This document shows positions 22,901 through 34,300 of a stretch of 64,000 nucleotides of DNA, in pieces (position 1 is the first letter of the stretch; the number at the start of each line of letters is the position of its first letter). The notes under the pieces are model-generated. The model saw nothing but the letters and a program-made list of their open reading frames with translations, ran no database searches and was not told the DNA's origin. Location of the stretch: NCBI RefSeq assembly GCF_902459465.1, contig NC_047062.1, positions 22,072,001-22,136,000 on the forward strand, written 5' to 3'. The position numbers and the translations under genes are program-made. The stretch comes from Asterias rubens. Its lineage: Eukaryota.

Positions 22901-24126
22901 TGGGCCTTTTTACCTCAACGAGAGGCACCCTGCTCAAATGACTTCATATGCATACATTCTTTCATGAATATCTATCTTTCATTTCTTTATGCAGCCTGTT
23001 GTGCTGAACTGTTCCCACACCTTCTGTAGTTACTGCATCAACCAGTGGAAGAGACGAACCAACTGGTGTCCAATATGCCGTACGAGCATCACGGCCCGAA
23101 ACCCTATTGGTAAATTGGATGCATTCATCATCAAGTTTGCGCGCAGGGTCGGAGAGGATGCGGAGAAGAAACGACTCGAGACAATCAAAGAAAGAGAAGG
23201 TAAACAAAAGTTTTAATTCATGTCAAAAAAACATGTCCCTTTAATTCTGAGGGAAATGTTTCCTGTGATTTGGGAACAATGGGAGATTTTTGAGACGCTG
23301 GTGGCAGCAGACATAACGGCCTTTTTTTTGTGGCTCTGAGCGTGCGCGCACATGCTCAGTATAGGTCTGAGCATGCACACTACCGGTGGAAACTGTGAAA
23401 AAGGACCGTCGAAAATTCTCCAAGAAGCTTGTAAGCTCAGGCATACAAAGTTGTTACTTAGCAGAAATATTTGACAAACTGTTTTCGCTATGAAACAGAT
23501 TGTCACAGTGTCTACAATTGTAATTGTAGGGAATGGGAATTAAGAGTATGCTTTGCCCTTTGCAAAGTTCCAATACAAGTTAAACAATTTCCTCATAGAA
23601 GTGTACCTTAAGTTCCCTTTCAAGAGCGAAGTTCAAGCGCAGTTCAAGGCCTGTATGCACTGGCCACCCATGTGACCAATGCAGCGGGAGGCCACGCATT
23701 TATTGTTATACATGTAGATCTTTATTTGAATCAAACCCAAGTTATTTATTTTGTCACCCATTCCCAGTCCATGAAAGAGCACTCCAGCGGGACGGACGTA
23801 GTTGGGGTAACTTTGCCAACCACTCTTTTGACGCCTACGAGGATGACGACTTTGACGGTGACGATTTCCTGAACTATTCGCTGAGCAGTGAGGACAGCGA
23901 CTTCGTCAACTTCATCGAGATCCTCCAGGAGAGGGTCAACCTGAGAAGATACTTCGGCATGAACGATGATGACGATGATGACGATGATGATGATGATGAT
24001 TCATTTGGGTCTTCTGTTGATTCCGATGATACTGATGAGGGGTTTGAGCTGTTTAGCGACTACAGCGATGACTTCGACGATAATTCTGGGGATGAAGATG
24101 GTGAAGATGAGGAGGAGGAATGGTGA
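19938..24126 (+). CDS. RNF8-like C3HC4 RING E3 ubiquitin ligase without detectable FHA domain, 4 coding exons, 631 aa
   Basis: join(19938-21149,21969-22088,22995-23199,23768-24126) = 1896 nt. The RING region ELRCSICSELFIAPVVLNCSHTFCSYCINQWKRRTNWCPICR..KLDAFI..EKKRLETIKER closely resembles human RNF8 as recalled (ELQCIICSEYFIEAVTLNCAHSFCSYCINEWMKRKIECPICR). The first intron requires a GC donor (GAG|GCAAGT). The N-half is Lys/Arg-rich with a coiled coil and the last exon is Asp/Glu-rich. Orthology is uncertain, so no symbol is given. Confidence 0.8.
21390..21500 (-). mobile_element. tRNA-derived SINE head
   Basis: The minus strand reads CGGTAGTCTAGTTGGTAAGACACTGCTCTAGAATTGCAAGGGTCGTGGGTTCGAATCACACCCGAGT, with A and B boxes but no complete cloverleaf. 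Confidence 0.6.
22380..22761. mobile_element. 382-bp TTAA-flanked MITE (Kolobok-type)
   Basis: TTAA|AGGAACACGTTGCCTTGGATCGGTCGAGTTGGTC ... GACCAACTCGTCCGATGCAAGGCAATGTGTTCCT|TTAA. Confidence 0.85.
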
Positions 24127-24570
24127 AGATGATCAGCTTGCTGTCTTGAAGAGAGATACTTGACTGTCATCTGTTACCCTAGCCCTCCTTTGGTTCATTT
24201 CCTAAGAACGTTCCTCAATCAATCACATTTTAAAGGCAGGGTTTACTTTTGGTGATTGACCAGAAGACCAGTATCTTCACTTGGTGTGTCCCAAGGTATG
24301 CATAAAATAATGAAAATTGCATAATGCATAATATGAAAATTCAGGCAGAATTTGTCATCGTAGTTCCAAAAACATATTGAAAGTAAAACCCTACCATCGT
24401 GCTGTAGAACTGGGTGCTTTCAGATGTCTGAGAAATGCTTCAGGCCTGCAGCCTTTCTTAGATTCAAATGTTTTTTTAAATATAATTTCAACAGCTCTTC
24501 AGTGATCTTTACCAAGTAAGTTAAGTATACAATTTTTGGAGTATTTACCAACAGTGTTCACTCCCTTTAA

Positions 24571-24921
24571 AGCCATTGGACACTTTTGGTACGGGAAAAC
24601 AAAAAAAAGTTAACAGATTTATACATAACTTAGAAGGTTTACAGAAGGTAATGGTGAAAGACTTCTCTTGAAATATTATTCCATGAGATGCTTTACTTTT
24701 TGAGAAAACATTAAAACAATATGAATCCTCGACATCGAGAATTACAGATTTATTTTGAACACGAAACGCGCGGAAACAAGGGTGGGTTTTCTCGTTGTTT
24801 TCTCCCGACTCCGATAACCTATTGAGCCTAAATTTTCACAGGTTTGTTATTTTATATAGAAGTTGTGATACACAGAGTGTGGGCCTTGGACATTACTGTT
24901 TACCGAAAGTGTCCAATGGCT
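24571..24921. mobile_element. 351-bp TTAA-flanked MITE (AGCCATTGGACAC family)
   Basis: TTAA|AGCCATTGGACACTTT ... AAAGTGTCCAATGGCT|TTAA. A colinear second copy is at 52385-52743. Confidence 0.88.
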
Positions 24922-27785
24922 TTAACACATGTAAACAAAATTAGCTGCCAAACCTATCAAAATCTTACTAATAAGGTTTTCCTTGTGTTGTACAAAGGAT
25001 GGTTAAATTAGCTATATGTAGTCCAATCAAATGGAGCAAATCCATTCTTTAAACATTTGTGGTTTTGGGGTAAAAGGAAAACAAATTTGCAAGTAATTGT
25101 ACTGTGTGGGGATTTGTGAAAGAATGTTTCTACAAAAGTGTAGAGGATAGTGCTATAATATATCATAACCCTAGGACCTTCATAATTGTATACCTGTATA
25201 ACTAATATTTATGAAAAGTAATGTTCATTATATAACAATTTGTGAGACTATTGTGAATTTGAATGAACCACATTTTGTGCGCCTTTTTGAAAATGTGTAT
25301 AAAAAGTTTAGAATAAATAACATGTTCACTATTTACAGTCGCTTGCAAAATGGCAGTTAAAACACATGAGGACCAATCAGAAGTCAGAAGTGTCCGGCTA
25401 ACTATTTCAGTGTTGAAAGGCATCCCTATTTCTTTTGAAATATTGACTAGCGAAAAAAACCTGACAAATTACTGAAATGACAAGCTCGTGGTCTTGCTGG
25501 CCAATCACCTAAAAAATGTTTAGGGCAAACTCTGCATGGCATATCAAGCTCCCATAGAAAGAAAAAAAACATTTTAAGAAAGTATTGTAAACTATGTTGT
25601 GTTTTCATACAACAGGATATTATATCCCATTCTGTAGACATATACTGCCATGCATTGTCATGCAGTTGTACATTTTGTCAAAATTCATCTGACATTTGTA
25701 AGTTTAAAAATACTCCCTTCTTGGAAGATTCTTGTAATGTACAGCAAAAGTCACTCACACAGGAATTTTCTATGCAGATATATGAATGAACCAATTTTTT
25801 AGAAAAGTAGTTTGACCATGTAAGAAGTATGGGTACGTAAGAAACATGGATGTGTTGTTGGGCCTAATTTATGTTGAATTACGCACATTAATAATTATTT
25901 GTAAATCACTTCATCTCCTAGCCTAAACATCGCTCAAAAAAAAGGAGAAAATTAACCAAAAGAAGTTTGGTGGTTAGGTCAATCCAAAGGACCAGCAAAA
26001 CACCTTGTGCAGCCATCTTTTATTTTTTGTCTCCCCAATTCAAACCAGTGTCACCAAACCGAGGTTGGAAGGAAAATAGTTGGTTCCCTTTTTGGCATAA
26101 TGAAAATCATTAGTCATGATTGGTATGGGTGGCAGGGGACAAGACAAGGATGGTGGCAACAGCAGCGTATCAAGGACTCTTTTACTTGGAGGCAGGGGCC
26201 TTGTTTTTCCCTCTTTGTTTTTTGCGAGCACTACTTGTATCTTTTTTTTCTGGGGGAACCTGGGGCACATGCTTCCCCTAGGCCACCGTCATGCATACTT
26301 ATGGTTGCTTGGTTGTGCTTCGACCTAACTTTGAACTTTTCAAAATATCTTGTCTAGTGGTCGGTTTGGAGGAGGGGCTCAAGCTCATTTATGTTTTGAA
26401 TTGCATTTAATTACTCGGGTTACTAAAAGGAATATCATTTTTCAAGGTCATATATGTAATGGTCAAGCATTATAACTTTTGTTGAATGAATTTGTTGTCA
26501 AACATTTTTGAGTAATTAATGCTTTGTGTATTTTACCTGGTTTTTGAGGACACATGCCTTTTAATTTTTCTTGATGTCCCAGGTTACAACTACTCATGTT
26601 TAATATCCATCTAAGAGAATACGTTATTCAACATCTTAAGTTATGGTTTTAAAACCCATTTTGTTTGTTCAATGTTGAAGTGAAAGGTTCTTCTTGAATC
26701 AAGATAGGCCTGCTTGTAACATGGTTTATTTGAGGTTATGAATTAGTTCACCATTGAAACAGTTTGTTTGCTTTTGTGAGATGTATTAAAAAAATTGTAT
26801 TATGAAAATAAAAGGAATACATTGATTTACAAAGCAATTTGCACTTTGTTACTGCGACATCTCTTCTTGATGGTTTGTCTTGTCATTACCAATTAGTAGT
26901 TCAATATATCGTGCTTTGAGTGGTTGAATGTCTACTGAATTTGTTACCCTCCTTCTTCCGCACCCCACAGCCCTCAACATTTTGATACACTCTGTTAAAA
27001 ATCTTTTTCCATCTTAATTTATGATTCAAAATGTTGGGTATTATTTCTTGGTTCATCCAAATGCTTTACGCAACAGCAATTTTGTGTGATGGAAAATGTC
27101 CCAAACAATGGCACCTGGCAGAAAAAAAATGAAAATTTGAATATTGTTTTGGTGAAGAGCGCCCTCAAGAGGTGGTCACTGCGTATAGCGCCGATACGCG
27201 GCGCTATACGATCTTTGGTTATAGACGTCTTCGCTGGGCGGACTGACACTGATGATGTGATGTGGGCTGGAACTTTAACTTTTCAGGTTTCTTTTCTTCA
27301 TTTATGGAGGATTTCTCTGTTATATTATGCAAATAAGATGTTGTGCATCAGTTGAGAAATATTGAAGGTATATACGAACATTTCTTTACCTCGTTGCCTA
27401 GGCTAAAAAAGGTATGTTCTAAGTCTAATTCTATCTAACTGACTCCCTCCTTTTTTTTCTATTTCTATTTTTTTATGCTCTATCATCAAGGTATTTATTA
27501 GCCCTCCCACTGGCGCCAGACAACTCACCTCCTCTCTGAACCACCAACCAATAATGTGCAAGTATACATGCAAGTATACATTCCGAATGTATACTTGCAC
27601 ATTATTGGTTGGTGGTTGAACTTGAATTTTGAAGTTCAAACAAGACCCTTGGAGTCCGTTGGACTTGGTCTTCTCCGCAGAACCCTCACTCGCACTACAC
27701 TCAAATCAAACTATTTATAACAAAACAACAGCCTATAATTCAATTACAACAACAATACAAGCAAAACCTCAGTTCGCCCTATTTC

Positions 27786-27933
27786 TAGACCCAGACTGGG
27801 GCGCTGTTGATACTCCTTTTTTCCAGAAATTTGTCATTGTCGGTCCTACGTAATGACAATTTTGTTTTCTTCCGAAGTTTGTCATTTTTCGGTAGTACCC
27901 GATAATGACAAATTTCGATAGTGACTGGGTCTA
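27786..27933. mobile_element. Possible short TAG...CTA MITE (Academ-like termini)
   Basis: TAGACCCAG ... CTGGGTCTA ends with internal TGTCATT/AATGACA inverted words. No TSD is seen. Confidence 0.4.
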
Positions 27934-28239
27934 GGTTCGCCCGCAATTTATTTAAGTATTACTTTTTATTTCTATATCGAAGCAACTCTGTTATGCATGT
28001 TATGGGGAATTGTTCCCTGATTAAATAAATGTTCATTGGTAGAATGTATGAATGAAATGAACCCCATCCTCTGCCCCCCCCCCTCATTTTGTGTGCCATT
28101 TTGCTACCCCACCTACTACTAGGCTAATCATTGAAAGGTTTTACAAAGAGTAGGAGGGTTAACTATTGCATCATCACGCCTGTGAAATAACCATTTGTTT
28201 ACAACCCCAGGGTGAGGTTACATTACTGAAGACTGGCTT

Positions 28240-28290
28240 CTGGCATCTACGTCATCAGACGTTCCTCATTGGCTAGCGCTGCCACCCAGT
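28240..28290 (+). promoter_or_regulatory. Putative DHTKD1 proximal promoter motifs
   Basis: A CRE/ATF-like TACGTCA and an inverted CCAAT box (ATTGG) lie ~50-80 nt upstream of the ATG at 28325. This is a motif match only. Confidence 0.3.
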
Positions 28291-28324
28291 GAACTTATTT
28301 AGACCCTTCGAAACTACAAATGCC

Positions 28325-31300
28325 ATGTGGATGAACATCATTAGAGTCTCAACTGGTGCCCATCGAGCATGGTTGTCGAAACATCTGAGGGTTGCTCGGT
28401 ACCATGCCGACAATGGTATCTATGGTTACAAGCCATCTGCCTGGATGCAAAATCAGTCTCCCAAAGTTATGGGTAAGTAAAGCCCGGTTTATACTTCCTG
28501 TGAATGCGAATGCGAATTGAATTTTGGTGACGCAACAATCAGTATGCACCCCCTTCCCTTTGTCACGCAGTGAAATTCGCTTTGCACGAATTTTACGGCT
28601 TAATCCAAATTTTAAAAAATTGGTATATTATTGGTATGATATGCTAAGCTTGTGAAAAGTTATGATTTCAATCGAGCATCCTTTGTAATTCAGTTGAAGT
28701 GTTGTTTTGTTTTTACTAGTTTTGCTGTTTTACCTAATGTCACCTGTTCACAGGGAATCCAAACAAATTCATTCATAGACTGTGTTTCAAATATGTTTTT
28801 TCTCTATTTTTTAAGTGATTTCTTTTTATGTTTAGTTTATTTATTTATTGAATTCTATGTATAGGGCCTATGTAAATTTAATTATTTATGTTTATATTAT
28901 GCTTGTTTCTTTGTTTAGGTTTTGTATGTTCACACTCCCCCCCATATAAAAGTTTTCATCTGATTTTCTTTATTTTTACTCTGTTTTCCTATGCAATGAA
29001 TGCAGAGTTGGAGACAAATCGCATCAGGAATGCTAGTCTGTTGCAACTGGTCGATGCATACCGCTCCCATGGTCACAAGAGGGCCAAGATAGATGCATTG
29101 GCCATGCAAAAACCCAAGTAAGTACAGCATGGACAATATTCTTCAAACTTAAATCAGATTTGCCTTCGGGTGCGTTTTGCTGTAACCAATAACTGTTTCG
29201 ATCAACCCATAGCAAGTTCAACCAAAACAGTTGGTTATGATTGCTAAAACGCAACCCATTTGCCCATAATAAATAGCCAAAAAGCCTTTTTTCCACAAGG
29301 GTCAAATATCTGGTACAGAATGACTTGAAAATAGTAATCTTTATTTTGTTGTTGTTTTTTCAATACACTTCTACATTCATCCATTCTTACAAACCTAATT
29401 GTTAAAAAAACAATTTCCTCTGGACATATCTTTTTGAAATCTTTTTTTTCTCCCCAGTTCTTTATTTCTTTATTATTATTATCTCTTTGTTCGTACATTG
29501 CCATCAAACAAACAACTTTGCATGTCACATGTATTTTGTGTATTGTCAATGGCACATTTAAAAGATTTTGTATGTTTAGGTTTTTTTTTTTAACAGCATC
29601 ATCTGATAGAATTTGTTCAAAGAAAAAGTTACTTTTAGTGAATTCATGCAATTTTTTCTTTAACATCTTACAGACCTACTCCAGAGTTAGATCCTTCACT
29701 GTATGGTCTCTCAGCATCGGATGGTACTAATTTCGACCTCACAGGTTGGTTTGGGACTCTCCTAAATTGTTTCACAATTGTATCATTATCATACATTTTT
29801 GGTTACAAAACCAATGATGAGTCATCATGACATGTAAACAAGGGTCCTTGCAACCTGAACCAGAAACACTTCCAGGGTGTAACCCCTCTTCTTCCATGAT
29901 AAGTGTTTTGAGCTCATTTATTCCTTTGTAAGAGCACTTATATAATATTGGATGGCTTTGAGGGGGATACAAGAATATATTGCACAAGCTATGACAATAT
30001 TGCACTCTTCGAAGACGAGTGCAATATTGTCATAGCGAGTGCAATGTGTTCTTGTATCCCCCCCAAAAAAAGCCATTCAATATTGATATTATTATTTATA
30101 TTAGGCTGAAGACTTGATCAAAGCAACACTATTTTCGCTCACCTGCGTCTTTGCATCAAAAGTTCTTCAAAATCCTCATCGAAAACCGAAGCGAATCTTG
30201 CGACGCTGGTAGAAGCAGCCGTTGATTATAATGTGCAGATCTGTCACTGCTTATCAACAGTGAGCACGCGCTCTTGACTATATGGGAACCAGCGAAACTT
30301 GTTAAAATGTCAGAAATATTGATGCAATATTGCTGTCTCCGGGAACTTTTACTGACACAATATTGCTGTCATCCGGGTACTTTTTACGATACGCTGATAT
30401 AGTTTTGCCTGGAAGCCTGATATAAATAATAATATATAATATTGTATTATATTGCACTGAATTGTGCATTACCATCCCATTATGCACAGGACCTAGGGGC
30501 TTAATGACCCATCTGAAGGACAAAGCAATAATGGCAAAGTATCTTGCTCAAGAACACAGGTGCCATATAACCAGGACTCAAACCCACATTCTGCTGATCA
30601 GAAACACCAGAGTCAGTGTCCGTGATGAAACAAAGTTGTTTATGTGCTTTGCTAATTTGTGTCCTAACTCCTTAGGCTTTTTGATGAGGGGTTGACCTAA
30701 ACATCTTTATTGTTTCATTATTACCCCAGGTATTGTGAATATAGGTCAAGAGACTGCGCATTTGTCCGATATCGTCCAGCACTTAGAACAGATGTACTGT
30801 GGCACCACATCAGTGGAATTCATGCATCTTCCGGTAAAAAATCACTAAGAGAGCAAGACTTTCAGAAAATGAAGTGAACCAAGAATTCTGTTTGGTAACA
30901 TCTACTTCTTTCAAACTATCTAAAAAGGAATGTTTTGGGGGTTTTTGGTACTTTTTAAAATGTTTGTGAGAATGAATTTGGCCTACGGGCTACGATTTGT
31001 GTTTGTTTCAATAAAGTATCAAATATAAAATGTTGAAAATGCTTTTTGATGGCATCTGGTAAACTTGTGAGTGTTGTTGTATTATATTTTTGTGTATATA
31101 TTTCCATTGCAGGCAATGGAAGAGAGAGCATGGTGTGCTGAACGCTATGAGGAGATGCACAGAACTACCCTTTCTAATGAAACCAAGATGCAACTAGCGA
31201 TACTCTTGGCCAAAGCGCAGGTTGGGAAATAAATTCTTTATACCTCAGAAATCAGAAAGGAAACATCAAATGTTACAATTTTGTTTAATTACACTGAATT

Positions 31301-34300
31301 ATTGTTATCAACTTAGGAGATGTGTGCACATTTAGTAGTTTTGAAACAATATATACAATTCTCACCTTTCTATGACAAATGTAGAATCTTGCCTGCCAGG
31401 AAATGCCCTCGAATGTCCAATTTCACTGGTTCTGTAGACAAGGCGACATGGTCTATGCCTTATTTGTGTTCAAAGGGTGTTTTTAAGTAGCTAAAAGATA
31501 TGTTTAATGAAATATGAATTTTGATTACGTGCACTTGAGTAACAATTTTTGTTAATGTTTAAGTATCGGTCACTGAAACTTTTTAATTTCATTTTCTGAA
31601 GGCTTTGGAGAATTTTATGGCAGTCAAGTTCACAACTGTCAAACGCTACGGAGGGGAAGGGGCAGAGAGTGTAATGGCACTGTTCTATCAGCTCCTACAA
31701 GCAGCAGCGCAGTGTAAGTCATTGAACCACCTCCCCCGGGAGGATTCTCAAATCTACCCTTGAAAATTATTAAATACATGTTTTGTCAGCCAAATAAACA
31801 AAAATTGATGCAGTGTGTTTGGTGTTATACTTAGCTGGCTCCTTTACAAAATCTCCCAAAGACTGAAGCAATTGATTTAACCAGTCATGGGACCAATTTG
31901 ATAGCTTTACAGGTTGGTAAGACAATTGGCAGCCAGCTTGTGCGCTGTTGCTTAATTTTGCCTCAAGTCCCGCTTCATGAAAGTGGCATAGAAAATCAAT
32001 GTTTTGTTCTTGTTGCTGTCTCCCACTTTAATGTAAGCTATACAAGTTATGTCTCAATGTATACAATTTTTTCAGTGGTGAATTTTTCAAACCATCCAAA
32101 GTGGAGAGCAAAAGAGCTACTGTACAAGAAACTATGGCCAATAGTCTTGACAATTGTAGCATAGTTAAGTGCAGATTTTATTTTCACTATTTACTTTACT
32201 CTACAGCTGATCTCGAGCAGATGGTTCTGTGTATGCCGCATCGAGGCAGACTCATTGTTCAAGTCGGTCTTCTTGAGTTATCAGCAACCCTCGTCTTTAG
32301 GAAGATGAGCGGGCTACCAGAGTTTCCTGCGACTAACAAGGAGTGTGTTGGAGATATTCTTACCCATTTGTGTAAGTATTACAGAGAAAATGAAGACTAT
32401 AACATTGTATTACCGGTAGTGCAATAATGATGTATCCCGCATAGAATGCTTCATGCTTTAAATGCTGTTTTTCAGCGAGTCTTTGGTTTGTTTGCAAATC
32501 CAGGCTATTTTAAGTTAGATACGTTTTGATAATTTCTTTTTGCTTTTAATTTTAATCGTCTGTCAGTAATATATCATATTCTACATTTTTTAAAACTATG
32601 TGGTTATTTTCTCTTAATCTCATTTCAGATCAGTCAGTCGATTTGGAGTACAACAATGGGAAAATCCATTTTACTATGATTCCAAATCCATCACATCTAG
32701 AGGTAAAACTTGAAAATGAAGGTGCCTTTGAATAAACACTTGCTAGAAATATTATTTTTAAATAACCCATAATCTGTAAAGAAGTCCAACACTTAAAACA
32801 ACACCGTAAACAAGACTCAGAGGGCGCTGAGATTCATCTTAAAATCAGGTCCAAATTTCATTTCAACCTGCAACTGCCGTATAGCCAGGGATTGTGCTCA
32901 AGTTGAGGATACAACCTGGGAAGTGGGAGCAGACAAATTTTGTTCAATTTGTGTTAAATCCTACACCTTCAAAAGTTATTGAATATACAATCAGTTTAAG
33001 TACTCTACTCCTGAAGGAGTTTATTTTCCTAACAATGTCGAATCCTACATCAGTTTCATTTGATATTGATGTCTTCTTGGTATAACTGTAGGCCAATCTT
33101 CCTGTTTGCATGGGGAAGGCCAGATCTCGCCAGCAGTCCCTCCAAGAGGGTGACTACAGTAAGGATGATGGTTCCTTAGTAGGAGACAAGGTCCTCTGTG
33201 TACAGGTACATGGAGACGCTGCATACGCTGCTCAGGTATACTCAAGACATGTCCAGTCTTAATTTCTCTTTTTCTCCTGAGGATTACCAAAGCATTCATT
33301 TGTAAATTTCACAAAGTGTTAATGTTTTAGTTTGAGAAAATAGAATTAGCTGGTGCAAACTGCTAACCAACCAAAAGGACCAGCGGTATATATACATATA
33401 TGTACAAAATAGGCAAGGTCAAATGTGGGAAGAGGGAGAAAAAGCAATTAATTAGCGAATGAGGAAGGCTGAAAGGGGATGTTCTGTCGGGAAAAGTAGA
33501 AAGAAAGACAAAAGTTATTAATCATTTCCTTCCTGGATGTTCAGACCACGGTGTTGAATGGTCTGAAGGCGCCTTATCCACAGTTTCTTCCTATTCAGAC
33601 GAATAGTCTCTCTGTGGTTACCTATATAGTGCCGCAATGCCCTATCAAATCATATCATAAATGGAGTGATGAGGAAGATTTAAGTGATGCACTACAGGTT
33701 TATCCAGCTTTTGGGTGTTGACTGTGGATCTGGGGCCATAGAAATGCTCTCTCCTTTTGTGTACAATTTATAAATTTTTACTTGAAGACACACCATACAT
33801 AAGCAAAGATTTGGATCTTGAAAATACAATTACCCCTCGACAGGGCATGGCAAGTGAGATGCAAGTTTTGGCGGAACTGCCCCATTACAACGTGGGAGGT
33901 TCCATCCACGTTGTGGTGAATAACCAGTTGGGCTTCACCACTCCGGCTGATCGGGGGAGGTCGTCCGTTCATTGCACTGACATAGCAAAGATGAATGGGA
34001 ACCTGGTTGTGCATGTAAATGGAGACGAACCTGAGGTAAGGATAGTCTTAGAATAGAATTGTGTGGTTTCAGATGCCTGAGAAAAGCAATTTATTTTACC
34101 TTTCTCTAAAAAGTATTTTACCTCTTTCTCGAAAACTACTTTACTTCAAACCTGGATGTTTCTAATAATGTTTTATAATATCAACAGCTCTTCAGTGGTC
34201 TTTACCACTGTTTTGGGTCATTAACTTGGTGAGTAATAAAATAATTAAAACATATCTCCATTATTACCCATTTTTCTTTTTCAGCACACATTGGGCATAC

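Noticed and set aside
23966-24163. Poly-Met ORF MMTMMTMMMMM...
   Set aside because: It is an alternative frame of the (GAY)n poly-Asp coding repeat.
26007-26357. GC-richer ORF cluster between the RNF8-like gene and DHTKD1
   Set aside because: No coherent frame, domain or splice pattern. It is more likely 3' UTR (AATAAA near 26808) or repeat-derived.
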